The notes under the pieces are model-generated. The model worked only from the letters and a program-made list of their open reading frames with translations, had not been told where the DNA came from and ran no database searches. From the human T2T-CHM13v2.0 reference genome, Homo sapiens: a stretch of DNA of 64,000 bases. The stretch is taken from assembly GCF_009914755.1 (NCBI RefSeq), contig NC_060929.1; one strand, written 5' to 3'. Below are positions 41,776 through 54,734 of this stretch, piece after piece (position 1 is the first letter of the stretch; every line of letters begins with the position of its first letter). The translations under genes and the position numbers were made by a program.

Positions 41776-43239
41776 ACCCCCCAATAACACATAGCTGATG
41801 TTTAAGGCAAGAAATAAGACCAGCAAAACAGATCAGAACAAATTCTAAATGGAGTTCAGATCTCTTCTAAGGAAATTGTAGAACATATTCTACAAGTTTT
41901 GATAAGTAACATATTCAAAACTTATTTCGGGAAGATATATTTTTGTGTGAAGTTCATTGGGAAAAAGGAAAAACTAGAGACAAAACTTGAGACACAGTTA
42001 CAATAGTCCAGGTTACAGGCAACCCTTTCATAACCCCCTCCTGGTGATTCTCATGCTCACATTTGAGAATGCTTCTAAGAAATTTTAGGAAGAAAAGAGG
42101 AGGGAAAGGAAGAAAGATTTGTCCATGGTCATTTAGTGGCCACTCCATGGCTTGATTCTGAGAACGGAGAAGTTCTGAGTTAAAAGACGTGTTAACTGAG
42201 GGAAGAAGGAAGAAAGAGAAAAGATGACAGGAGGACTCTCACCTTGGCAAGGGGGATGATGGCAGTGACACTGGTAAGAGGTGAGCAGGAAGTATAGTAA
42301 AAGCACAAACTCATCCTACAAGGAGAAAGGTATCGACATTAGTGGAAACAGAAGCAGTTAGAAAACTTAGGATAAACTGTGTGCATCAATCAGACTGTAT
42401 AGGAGAGAAAAAACAGAGAATGGAAAAAAAAACCATCTTCATATCTCAAAAGTGAGAGGGAGTCAAGAGCACAGGGGCAGCTCCAGTTAGTTGGATTAAG
42501 GTTCTAGACCAGGCCGTACTGCACAGACATCACTTTCTGTTGTCCTGCTACTGAGTCCCTCTCCCTGTTGCACTGACATTATCAAACCAAATGCAAATGA
42601 GATGAACCACAATAATGGGCAGAACTGCACCTGGTTCAGCACAACCTGGTGAAGGTCTTAAGAGGAGGGGAGGTGGGGAGTGGAGGATTTTTGCCACATC
42701 CAAAGGGGTGAGACCACAGAAGAAAAAATTATTTACATAGAAACTCAGGCCAATCCTTTCGTAAGTACTCCAGGACTATCGCTTCTCTTGATGATTTTAG
42801 TTGAGTCATTGTAGGGGGGGACAATTCAAGGGAGAAGGCTGCTGCCTGGAAGCAATCCTCAGGAACCTAGACCTGAAAAATGTGGATGAGCTCTCTCTTG
42901 GCATTTGTGCAATGTGGCTGGGGGTTGCTCCGTAGTGGATCTTACTGGTCAGCTTGCTCTGTTTGCCACTTACTGAGGCCCAAGAGGCTTTACCCTACTC
43001 AGAAGCAGTGGCAAAAACAGAACAAAGAATCAATAGTGGGCAAGGAGAATGAGGTTCCTTTTTAACATGTTTAAGGTGTCTGAAAGTTAGAAGCACTGAA
43101 ATTAAATTCAGGAAATTGGTCTGGATCAGAGTGTTTTGAGAACCATTGCTGAGGTCTCCGTTCCTACGTTAGGATACTTTCTTTGTAACAGAGAGGAGGA
43201 TCTTCATACATTCCTATCTGGTAATAGTATTAAAATCAA

Positions 43240-43530
43240 TTGGGTATGATGGTTCACGCTTGTAATCCCAGCACTTTGAAAGGCCAAAGAGAGAAGATCA
43301 CTTGAGCCCAGGAATTTGAGACCAGCCTGGGCAAACATAGCAAGACGCTATCTCTACAAAAAATTTAAAAATTAGCTGCCCGTGGTGGCACATACCCAGC
43401 TACTCAGGAGGCTGAGGCCAGAGGATCACTTAAGCACAGGAATTTGAAATGGCAGTGAGCTATAATTGTGCCACTGCACTCCAGCCTGAGCAACAGGGTG
43501 AGACCCTGTTTCTAAGAAAAAGAAAAATAA
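43240..43530 (+). mobile_element. AluJ
   Basis: Diverged dimer with gatcacttgagcccaggaatttgagaccagcctgggc. Confidence 0.9.
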
Positions 43531-43929
43531 AATTAGAATATTTAGGGGATGGTTGAGTTTCAGTTAATGTTTTTCTCATTATATGAATTAGGCAAAAAGC
43601 TTCCTCCTAAGGAGTATTATCCTGTTTTGCCATCATAATTAGCATAGAATGTGGCTGATTCTCTTGATTTATTTTTTATCTTACATACCATAAAATTCAC
43701 TCATCTGCAAGTTTTCACAAATACATAGAGACCTGTAACCACCACTGCAATCAAGTTCCGTCACACAAAACATGTTTTCCTTATGCTGTCCCTTTGCAGT
43801 CAGACCACCTCCCCTCCCCAGCCCCTGGCAACCACTGACCCTCTCTGCAGTGCAGAAATGACAACTGCATTGAAGGTTAAGGCCTGAGGCTTTCTTATGA
43901 TTGGTTGGTATTGTAACAATAGTAACAGC

Positions 43930-44135
43930 AGTAATAGTAATATATAATACATATTTGCATTTCTATTGTGTCAGGCACTATTTGAAGCACTTTATAGATG
44001 AGGAAACTGAGGCTTTAAGAGATTTTAGAAAGGAAAGAGGAGGTAAAGAAAGACTTACCCATGGTCATTTAGTGGCCACCCCATGGCTTCACTCCAAGCA
44101 TGTCAGACTCCTAGACCCATTTTTTTAACCTCTAT
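43930..44135 (-). mobile_element. MIR SINE
   Basis: tgtgtcaggcactatt...tttatagatgaggaaactgaggct...gacttacccatggtca...tgtcagactcctagaccc. Confidence 0.7.
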
Positions 44136-44549
44136 CTGATTCTGCCTCCATGGAAGATACAGAAGCAGGACAAAGTAGAAAGGATACCTACCAATTCCAG
44201 GAAGCTCGGTTTAGATCCGGGATTGACTTACTTTTACAAAAAAAAAAAAAAAAAAAAAGCTTATATGAGTTTGATTAATTATACCAATAAAACAACACTT
44301 GGATATAAGATCAAGTGAAACCAGGATCCTAGAACACTTTCCTTACAGCCTTTGTAAAATGCAATGAAGATAAAGCCTAGACTTATTATGCTCCCTGTCA
44401 TAAACTTGACCAGGTTTGTAAAGCAAAACTTTAAAAAATTCTCTGATCAAATACTGGAATGCTTTGTTAATGTCCTTGAGCATGAACTTCCTTTTGTATT
44501 TATTAAAAAGAAAAAGGGATCTTTATTGACGATCTTGGGTGTTTTTCAG

Positions 44550-44673
44550 GTTGGAGTCCCCAACCCGGTCTCTAGTGATGGAGGCCCCAAAAGGAGTGGA
44601 AATCAATGCAGAAGCTGGCAATATGGAAGCCACCTGCAGGACAGAGCTGAGACTGGAATCCAAAGATGGAGAG
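44550..44673 (+). CDS. SGCD: Delta-sarcoglycan penultimate coding exon (124 nt; extracellular domain)
   Basis: Acceptor TTTTTCAG|G and donor GAG|GTGAGG. Translates (R)[41 protein letters not shown], recognisably delta-sarcoglycan. It ends in phase 0, matching the next exon. Confidence 0.97.
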
Positions 44674-44745
44674 GTGAGGGATGAGAAGGACAGAAGTTCA
44701 AAGAGCTACAGCTTCAACAGGCCAACCCTTCCCATAACTGGTTGA
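44674..44745 (+). CDS. SGCD: Alternative C-terminus produced by read-through of the donor (short isoform)
   Basis: The frame stays open: [23 protein letters not shown]-stop, matching the short delta-sarcoglycan isoform C-terminus as I recall it. Confidence 0.85.
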   Translation: MRDEKDRSSKSYSFNRPTLPITG

Positions 44746-45984
44746 CCTCGGAGTTGGATCCTACAGTGTATCAACAAAAGGAGCCAAGCAGGTTTTATTT
44801 CTGAAACAATTAATTGAGCAGCATGATTATAAGCCAAACCCACAATCCATCAAAGTGATGATTTCTTATTTGTAAAATGCAGAGATAATGGCATGTATTC
44901 CAAGTACAGAATTATATGACCATGAAAATGAATGCTATTTTCAAATTCTCTCTTGTCACCTTAAAATAAGATTTTGTTAGCCAACATAATTAAGCTGTAT
45001 ATATTATACACATCTGGCTCAAGATGAACTTAATTTACTTGTCATTACTTTGTGTCACATGTTTCTGTTTTCACTGAAAATGGGGAGGCAGATTGAACAG
45101 CTGTCCCAACCAGAACAAGCCAAAACTTTATAGGGTAAGACTAGGCAGCAAGGGAATGAAACACTGCAGATATTCATTCTCTTATGCCAACACAGTCCCA
45201 GCTGGGTGAACAGAAATGCTGCTTGTGTTTTTGCTAGCAAGACAAGCCAATTACTACCCACACCCAAAATGTGATTTGTCTGTAAACTTTTAAAAATGCC
45301 TTCAAAGTGCTCATAAGTGAACTTTGCTATTTAATCATAGAGTTAAAAAATCTGTGTTTTTTTTTTTTTAAGAAAAATGCTATTCCACCTGACTATTCAA
45401 TGAGAGAGGTTATCAGTCTCTACCTGCTTCTATACATCCACTCGATGGATATAAAAGTCCCCCTTTTGATTGGTATGGCATTTCCTATTTTGTTTTAGAA
45501 GAGATAGTCAGAACATTCAGTTATCACAACTGCCTCTTCAAGCAGCCACAAACTGCAAACCACACACATATAAAAATAGTGGCTACCTCACATATGCAGT
45601 TTATAGCTATCAGAATTTGAACTCTGGAGGAATCAGTTATAATCGTAAATCTAATGGCAGCTTCCACAACTGCTTATTTTTATAGGCATGTTTTTATAGG
45701 CATGTTTTTCTCAAAGTATATTCTATAGACCATCAGCCCCATAAATTGTTAGAAAAAAAAAAAAAGCAGAAAGGCTCACTAGCATTTAAAAGTTGGAAAA
45801 TGTTACATACTCTATTCTCTTCTTGAACACTCACCTTGCACACAGTCATAGTAGGATCTGGGAAGTCCCATAGTAAAGAAAATTGTTAAATGTCACATTT
45901 TCACATTTATTTGACTCTAGGACTCTATTTACATTCTGTATGACATTTTTTTGCAAAATGCTAACATAGATCAATGCAGCATTA

Positions 45985-46105
45985 TCTTGCTAGAATCTAA
46001 GCTTCTGTGAAGGTAGAGACTTTCCATCTTGTTGGTATCCAAATTCCCAGTACCAAAAATAATCAACACATAGTAGGTGCTCATTAGATTTCAGTTGAAT
46101 TGAAC
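45985..46105 (+). mobile_element. L2 3'-end fragment in the last intron
   Basis: ctagaatctaagcttctgtgaaggtagagactt...cacatagtaggtgctcattagatttcagttgaattgaa. Confidence 0.7.
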
Positions 46106-46185
46106 ATTCACTTGCTGTTTCTGAATGTCAAGAGAAGAGACGACAGCCTCTGACCAATGCTTTCCTTCCTATTCTCTGTCTTTAG

Positions 46186-46359
46186 ATTAAGTTAGATGCT
46201 GCGAAAATCAGGCTACCTAGACTGCCTCATGGATCCTACACGCCTACAGGAACGAGGCAGAAGGTCTTCGAGATCTGCGTCTGCGCCAATGGGAGATTAT
46301 TCCTGTCTCAGGCAGGAGCTGGGTCCACTTGTCAGATAAACACAAGTGTCTGCCTCTGA
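46186..46359 (+). CDS. SGCD: Delta-sarcoglycan last coding exon (Cys-rich C-terminus)
   Basis: Branch point CTGAC at ~46150, long pyrimidine tract and TTTAG| acceptor. Translates [60 protein letters not shown], with the sarcoglycan CxC...C...C cluster and an N-T-S sequon. Absent from the ORF track because it has no start codon. Confidence 0.98.
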   Translation: MKLDAAKIRLPRLPHGSYTPTGTRQKVFEICVCANGRLFLSQAGAGSTCQINTSVCL

Positions 46360-46465
46360 AAGACTATCCATAGTGGACATTGTTGGCAGCATAAAGGCCT
46401 TTTTTGGCTTTAGACACTGGCTGCCAGCTATTTTTACTAGAACACAGAAAGCCTATCAAAGACCT

Positions 46466-46560
46466 TGTGTGTATGTGTACGTGTGTGTGCGTGCTTGAGT
46501 GTGTTCGCGTGTGTGGGTGGATATAAATATATATAAATATATATAAATAAATATATATAT
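46466..46560. repeat. Compound (GT)n-like tract plus (ATATAAATAT)x3 low-complexity tract in the proximal 3'UTR
   Basis: Seen directly; contains AATAAA at 46546-46551. Confidence 0.9.
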
Positions 46561-49500
46561 CCTCTGTATAAAATGAGGTTTCAGTACAAAAGGAACCATG
46601 GGTGACCCTGCGATATCCACTGTCATTTTCCATCCCATCCCCACCACCTGAGTGACAGAAATCTAAACACACATCCGTCCCAACATTCCCCAGACCATTC
46701 AGAATCACACAGCGTATTGAACACTGACAGAATCTTCATCTAGATATTCGAGTAGCAGCATATCTTCTCTTTTAGTGTCATTACGAGGGAGTGATGGCGG
46801 GAATCTCAGTCGCACTCAAGCTCTGAGACCTTTGTATCAAAAATAGGCATTTGATTTCCTGTTTTAGCTTTAGTAAGGCTGGCTAACTTCCCCCTCTTCA
46901 AGCTAGGAACTGGCAATGCTGTAGAAGTCAGCCGTAGGAATTCAAAATGGCTGGCCTACCTTGGCTACCAGACATATTGGGGTTTTTGTAGTTGAATGAA
47001 TGAGGAGGATGAATTTCAGCAAATTTTGAACTGCTCACCCAACTTCTGCTATCTTGCTCCCTCCAAACTCACAGATTCTCCTACAGTCAAATTAGGAGCT
47101 GTAAATCAGCACAAAATAAGATAACAGCTGTTCCTCAGTCAGCTGGAAGCTACTTAATGGCCTGATGGGCAATGAACAAACGGGTGATATGTCTCTGTTT
47201 AAGGGAAAAATGGCTTAAAAGCTGTTCTGTTCTCACTTCTGACTTTAACCAAAAGATTTCAACCCACAATGATCAGGTCAATCAAAATCCCTAAGAGCAG
47301 AACTCCTACCCCAAAAGAAGCCTGGAAGTCTAATTAAGAGTAGCATAAGGAACCTAATTATGTTTACCATGTTTCTTGGGATTGGTGGGAAATGTCAAAA
47401 CATGCCCTTTATTTTTAAAGGCATTCACAAACTCTCTGACTTTGTTCTTCTTATATATTTTTTCAGTGCCGGGATATTCATATTCCTAAAGCCACTATTG
47501 TGTTTTCTCTAAGAAGCACTACATGCCACCAGAATTGTGCACTGAAAGATAATACAAACTGAGTGTCTTTATGAGAATCACTGTGTCCCCTGAGGCCCAG
47601 CAGTACCTGCTTCCCTGTATGTGGAAGCAGCACCTCATTCCCGCCATCAGCTACCTCTCATCACCCCACCTTCATCATCATGCTCCAGGGTCACCCTGGC
47701 CAGCTCTTGTGCTGGGACAGGGGATTACACCGTCTCTGTTCAAAGAGGGGGAAATGTGCCTATGCCTTAAGTCAATGCACTCAGCAAGGAGAAGCACATC
47801 TTATTTATCTTGTTACCTATAGTTTACTTTGGGTGATTGGAGGGGAATGACTTAGTTATGACTGGACATCTTAAAAGCTGATAGACAAGCCAAATGGCTG
47901 GCAGATGATGTGGATTTCAAAGAGCCCAGAATGAACTCATCACTGGCTTAGACAGTCCTGGATGCCATTTGGAAAGCAGTGGCCCTGCAAGCCTAAATGA
48001 AGTAGTATTTGTAGGCCTGGGTGGCATTTGGATTTTTCTTTTCCCTCAACAAGGTTTTACTTTTTCTTACTTTACAAGCAAGGGAAGTTTTGTGATAGGA
48101 GAGAAATAAAAGATTTGATATTTTTTGAGATGACACTCAAGCATCAGGCTGAGATTTGCACACATGGGATGTAAAAGCAAGCTGTGTGTTGCTTAGTCAC
48201 TTACTTAGAAGTAGATGGTGGGGGACAGCGGCGTGGGTCCTAGCCTGGCCAGTGATGCTGCTGGCGTCCAGACCCCAGACTCACTCCAAGCACTCTTGTT
48301 CAATATCTCATGCAGAAGAGTTGGGCTGGTCACTCTTAGGGGTGAGACCCCGTGATTGGTTGGTTTGTAGCACTAAGGTCTAAAAAGGAAAACCATAAAA
48401 GACATCAGATTACGCTGGATCAGTATAATTAATATTCCATAGGGCCATGTTGCCAGAATCTGTATGTATCAATACAGGGTTTTTCCAAGCCAGGAAACGC
48501 CCTCCTTGGCTACTAGGAGCACCTATCCCATATCATTCAGATAAACAATGATAGCTACAAAGTCATTTGTGGCTAGATAGGTTAAGACAGGTGATTTTTT
48601 AAAGTAGACTGTCTTTGCATTTTGCCATCTGAAGTTCATTAATCTTTAGATGACAAAAAAGCAAAAAGTTCCCAGAACGTTTTTGCTTAGATTTTGTTCT
48701 AATCACCACGTGAAGGAATGAGACTAGCACCACAAGTTTCATGCCAATAAAAGAGACTGGTGTGATCCCACATGCAAAATTTAATCCTAAGGGTAGTGAG
48801 ATCACAAACAGAATAAAAATAAGAGCAATCAACCATATAAATCAAGTACCTATTGGGAACAGACATAACATTCAATTTTTCATTTATGCTAAGTGACCAC
48901 AGTATACAAAGTAATAAGCAGGAAATTTGATATGGGTTAAATTATGCATTTTGTTCAGATTTTGGAAATTGGTATGCATTATAAGTTTCTCAATGTACAT
49001 CTTTTTATCCCAACACCCTCAAACTAGAATATTTGTCAGTGGTCAAGAGAAAAAATTTTACCTGAATTCTCGGGGGCCGGCGGGGAGCTTTTACATTAAA
49101 AATCTACTAACGCCTACTTTTTAAAAAATGAGATTCTTTCTAATCTTTATATATGACATTTTCTAGACAATCGCACCTTTGGGTATATTAAACAGCTGGT
49201 ATCATAACAAAGAATCCAAATGAACCTTCAATATACTAGAAGTTCTAGTAGGTTAATATTGTTCAGAAGATTTTTACAAATTAAAAACTGATTTCCAAAT
49301 ATGTTCAACATTTACTTCTATTTGATATCTGCTCAAGAAGTCATAGAAGTCTTGGGAAACTATTCGAGTATCACAGAGGTTTTCAAAAGCCCTTATGGTG
49401 ACATCTACCTAGGTAAAAGCCTGACATGTGGCTTTATAATTGTTATGTTACCCAAGGGATAAACTTGAACTGGCTTTGAACATCCTTTAGGTCATTTTCT

Positions 49501-49568
49501 CTTTGGATAATTTTCATCGCATATCCAGCAACTATAGACCAAAGTTTGCTTAAGGTTTGACCCTAGAG

Positions 49569-49786
49569 CAGAGGTGGGCAAACTATGACCTGGAAACCAA
49601 ATCTGACTTACCACCTTTTCCTGTAGTTAAAGTTTTATTGTCACATAGCCACATACATTCATTTACATGTTTTCTGATTTTACACTACAGCAGCAGGATG
49701 GAGTAGTTGTGTCAGAGACTATGTATCCCACAAAGCATAGATTACTTACTATTTAGTCCTTTACAGGCAAACTTTCCTCACCCCTG
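49569..49786. mobile_element. MER58A hAT-Charlie MITE within the 3'UTR
   Basis: TIRs cagaggtgggcaaact / aactttcctcacccctg; 8-bp TSD ccctagag / acctagag; length 218 bp. Confidence 0.88.
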
Positions 49787-52524
49787 ACCTAGAGGTTTTT
49801 GTGGTATGCATTGGATATAGCAGGAAAGAAAGCACATTTCCAAACAGCAGGGAGTAAGCTTACATTTCTGTGTAGGTTTGGGAATATAGTTACTTGGCAA
49901 AGTCTTTCAGGAAGGAAGCCCTTCCTTATGTTACATGTGGAAAGCCTGCCTTCCAAGACATGTGGAAGTAATTGATCCACCTGCCAGAGAAACACAGGCT
50001 CAGAGGATTCCTGGGAACAGGGAGGATGGGATTAGTGGAAGCTTAGTGGAAAAGGAAAGTTATGATCCTCCAAGACCCTTAATTGATAGACCATACCAGG
50101 TTCTGCAGGTCAGCATCATTGTGTAATGAGAAGTGAAGTAGGGGACCCTGTGGTTCAACCTTAGAATCTGTTTCCTGTAGGCTCTTTCTGCTGTCTATAT
50201 TCATTAAAGTTTTCCACTTCACCCTCCCATAGTCTAGAGGGATGCCCATTCCATGGTCCTCCAGAGAATAGTTTTGACTTAACATGTCTGTTTAGCCCAC
50301 ATCACGTCAGTTATCAACACCACCACTGTGCTTACTGTTCCTACAGCCACACCAGGCTTGAAGAGTTAGTGAGACCAACAAATAATTGGAAGTATTGGAA
50401 AAAGCAAAATACATGGGGACAAAAAAAATACAGTGAAATTCTTTTTATCAAGCTGATGCTGTGAGAAACCAGATGAATGCCAGTTTGGCTTTATTTCTAA
50501 GAATCTGGGTCTTCATTCTCTGGTGCAGAAGGAATGCAAAAAACTATAACAACAACAACAAAAACATATTTTGAAAAGACATATTCTGACATCTCTGCTT
50601 GTGTGTGGTAAGGCAGGTTCCTATCAGACATTTATCCCTTTGGTCAAGATCCCTTTTGCTCATCCAGGGTTTCATACTCAATATCGCTTAAAAAAAAAAA
50701 AGTATCAGCTAGGGATGACTCTGGAAGTATGAGTATCATGGTGGGGAGGAAGGATTTTTTTTTAAATGTAAATGACCCCCATTTACCAGACCCTAATCAA
50801 AGTCACTTAAGGGAATCCCTCAGCCTTTTATTTGGAAACAGTTGAAATAAACTGGCAGCAGCTAGATCAGAGTATCTTGCTTTATTTTATAAAGGCCAAA
50901 GGTAGTATGAAGTTTGGACCAAAAAGGTAAATAGATCCATTCCAGCACCTGATACTGATTTTTCAAGGCTCTATGAAAGGTCAAAAATTTCATTAAACAA
51001 GACCAGTTCTCCCTCTTCCCCCTGTCCCAAGAAATCTTAGGCATGAAAAGGATAAGGAAACAGCTCCTGGAATGATACATTTGCATAGTGCCCTAGTAGC
51101 AGGTTGGGAAAAAGTTATAATATAAGAAACAACCTTCGAAAACAGGCCTTTTATCTCAAAGATAAAATGTCTCTCTTGTGGTCTTTCATCACTATCTCCG
51201 TGGTGGAAGGTTCCCCTAGTTCCAACATATTTCCATTAAAATAGTCAAAGCCACGGCATTGGGATGTCAGATGCCTCTCTTTCTTTGTGGTAATCGGAAT
51301 TTAAAATTATACAGTTGCCTCTGAATTTCTCATGCACAAAGCCAAACCACTGATAAGAGATAAAGCAGTCTGAAGCCTGCTGCTTCAGCCAGCACAGCAC
51401 ACCACACACGCTCGCACTTTCAAAAGCAATGTGATTTCTATGGTTCTTAAAAGCTTTCTTCATAAGGGAGTCCTTGAAATTTCTCAAGGCAGGTTTGAAT
51501 GGCAAAGGGAAAATAATTACTTGTGGGAGGTCCTCCTTTTGAGTATTGTTAGAGCATACATGTAAAAGAAAATAACCTTTTTGGGGCAACTCATGCTCAC
51601 ACATGCTGTTTTCTTTGGTTCTCCCCCTACCTTCCTTTTGTAGATATTGACAGAATAGGAGGAAATGAGCATCCTTATTTGAGAAAGAGCAAGAATGTCA
51701 TGAGCCCTTGATGCAATAGTAAGTGTGATGTCATCATACAGTGTTAATGATGCTATCAAATCCATCAATAAACAGTCTCAAACCTTCCAACAACAGTGCT
51801 CACTGCTGCTCCTCAACTTCAGCCCAGCAAGCAGTAATATCATCACCCATTTTGAGATATGCAGGTGGAATAGAACAAAGAAACAGCCACTGTAATCGAG
51901 AAGCATGTTTACTGTCTAAATCCACCTGTTGCAGTAGGAAGCCAGAGTGGGGTTCCAAATGCCTCATTAAGTATGTGGACAGCCTCACTAGTAAGTGAGT
52001 GAATTTGGCTTCATCACTGAACATTAGCTAAGGTCAGCTTAATAACACAAATATGAGGCCGACTTCTTTGCGAGAAGAGAAAAGAAAACATCTGCTTGAT
52101 TTAAAATCCACCCCACATGCCTAGAGTTGTCTAATAGTCCCTCACTTTCCAATGGCTTCACATCCTACTTCTACATTTGGGGTTTTTTGGTGAAATCAGA
52201 GATAGCTCAGGATTTCATAAAATGAGAAACTCCAAACTGGTCTATTAGGTTCCATGGGAACACTTGTAGCCAAAGGATTGTCTGAGGGCAGGAAGACGAC
52301 ACTTGTCAACAAGGAAGACAGTGTTTCTTTAGTTCCCATATTCATCTAAATCATGGGGTTCTAACATTTTGGGGGGCCATAGATTCTTTTGACAATCTGA
52401 GCCAATCTATGAAACTTCTCCCCAAAAAGAACCACCCCACAAAATCTTGCAAAACGTAAGAGATTTTCCTGGATCTGAAGCTACCCGAAGACATGGGAAG
52501 AGTTGTATTCTATTATTCAATTTT

Positions 52525-52750
52525 AAGAATATTTATTAATATTCACTGAGCTATTGCTAGCCACTGTGCTAAACATTTTACATACATTCTCCTATTTCAT
52601 CCTCAAAACAATCCTTTGAGTTGGGTTTTAATATAGTTCCAATATTCGGATGTGAAAACTGAGGCTTATAGTGGCTAAGAAACTTGCCCAAAGCCACTAC
52701 CTAGAAAATGGCAGAGCTGGAATGTAGGTTTAACTCCTGACCACTATGCT
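52525..52750 (-). mobile_element. MIR SINE within the 3'UTR
   Basis: ccactgtgctaaacattttacatacatt...catcctcaaaacaatcctttgag...aaactgaggctt...aacttgcccaaagccac. Confidence 0.75.
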
Positions 52751-54734
52751 ATAAAGTCACCACATGTCAAACTAATTTTCAAGTTGTTGGGACATGTCCC
52801 CTACTAGGTTTTAAACTAGATCTTCCTTGGTAGATGAAGCTATAGAACTTCTATTTTCCCTGCTTTCTGTAGTCTCTCACAGTGACAGCATCTATACTAA
52901 AGTATAGATACCTAAGGGGAAAATATAGAAAGCCTGCCTGAATAATAGAATCTAGAACAACAACAAAAATATTAATTTTTTCTGTGTATGCTTAGGTCAA
53001 GCTTAAAAAAAAAAAAAAAAAAAGACCAGAAAATACCTGGGTTGTTAGCCTCACATTTAGGAAAAAATTGTAATACTCAATTATCTGTGTGTGTGGCTAA
53101 ACAAGTCAGCATTTCTGCACACATACATCTCTTTCCTTTATACTTCCCTTCAAAAGACAAATATCTTACTTTTGATCTTTGACACTATTTGGTCAGTATT
53201 CTTCTTTACCTTTACTTGTGGCAAAACTCAAGGAAGCGATCAAATAGAGGGAAGCTCATTTCTATCATTGTCTCTGTTTCCCTATAAGAAAGAACTACCA
53301 GGGACTCACTGACTGCATTAGGCATACAATGTCAGAGCTGAGCTGACCACTCTGGTCCTGTAATGTCTTTGGCCTCACACCTTGGCAGCCATCATTAATG
53401 GGCCATACCCTTCCCCAGGTGCAGAATTCTCCTCCCCAGAGCACTCAGGCCGTTACTACCAATTTATCTGAGTTGGAAATAAGACTCATTTGCCAGTTCT
53501 TATTTTTAAAGTGGCACCCTTTAACTTTGAACCTGTGTATTTTACACTGGCATCCTAGATTCAGCAATGAGGTTTGGTGGTGTTTCAACTAGGAAGGGAG
53601 AAAATGAGTGCATCTGAAGTTCCTTACAGCTTGGTTTCTTTGGAATGCTTTCATCTTCTAAGAAAAGGGATCAGGGTTTGATCTGTAAGAGTTAAAAAGA
53701 CAAAGTCATTTTGAAGAATTAACTCAGCCAGGGATCATGCAAAAAGATTAGAAACCATAATGCCCTTGTTAAAGCCCTGCTGTCAACCTGCCTTCACCCA
53801 GAGCTTAGAGGGCCACAGCAGCAAAGAGGTTGGGGTCCATCCCTCTCTGATGTGCTTTTTCCACAACACATATCTGGTCCTCTGGCAGGATTGTGGATAG
53901 AGCTCCTCACCATACCCAAAAGACTCAGCCCCAGTGCCAGTGCTTTCCTGGTTCAACAACCCACCACAAAACCTTAGTAAAAGGATGAGCCAAAAATGAA
54001 AAAGACTCGACTCTACAGTAAGTCAGTCAGGGATTTCCTTTTTAATGGTTTAAGACATCCAAATGGCAAGCCAGGAATAGATACCATTAAAGGGTCTCAT
54101 AGGACTAACCTTACCAGAGCCAGAAATCTAGCTCTCTGGAAGAGATGCAAGATTCTAGAAAAGTAAAGGGAAGTGTTGGCACATCTAAATTTAGTGAACA
54201 CAAAATTAATTTTTATCTAGTCTGTGACGGAGGGAATAAAGTTTTTCATGTATCAACCACCTCCCCCAGTCAGGTTTCTCCCTTTTTGAGATTATGAAGA
54301 AGCTGAGACATACTTCTTAAGGAGGTCGTGTTTTAGAAGGAAAAGGCAGAGGCTATCCATCATTATGCTGGCTAGATGCGCTTCTGAAGAAGCCGGATTC
54401 TGATGTTCTTAACCAAAATGGTGAGGTCATGGAAGTCCCATTTGCTTGGAGATTTTGAAAAAAAAAAAAAAAAAAAAAACCCATTCCCATAAAGTAATTG
54501 AGTTCAGCCTTTGGATTATTTTTGGTTTGGTTTTTCTCTGGTTTTGGGTGTGATGTAAGAAGAGCTTTTTAGTTTTGTTTTGAATAACATCAATCCTTGC
54601 ACACTCTATGCAAAAATTTTGTAAGCATTTCAATAATGCTATGAATTACAAGGAACTATTTTAACTTTATTACACTTTCTGTATAAAAAATTTGTATTTA
54701 ATATTATTTCGACCACAGTCTTGTAAAATATATT

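Noticed and set aside
44258-44278. A21 tract as a tail-only retrotransposon insertion near the exon
   Set aside because: No convincing target-site duplication or element body; treated as a simple mononucleotide run.
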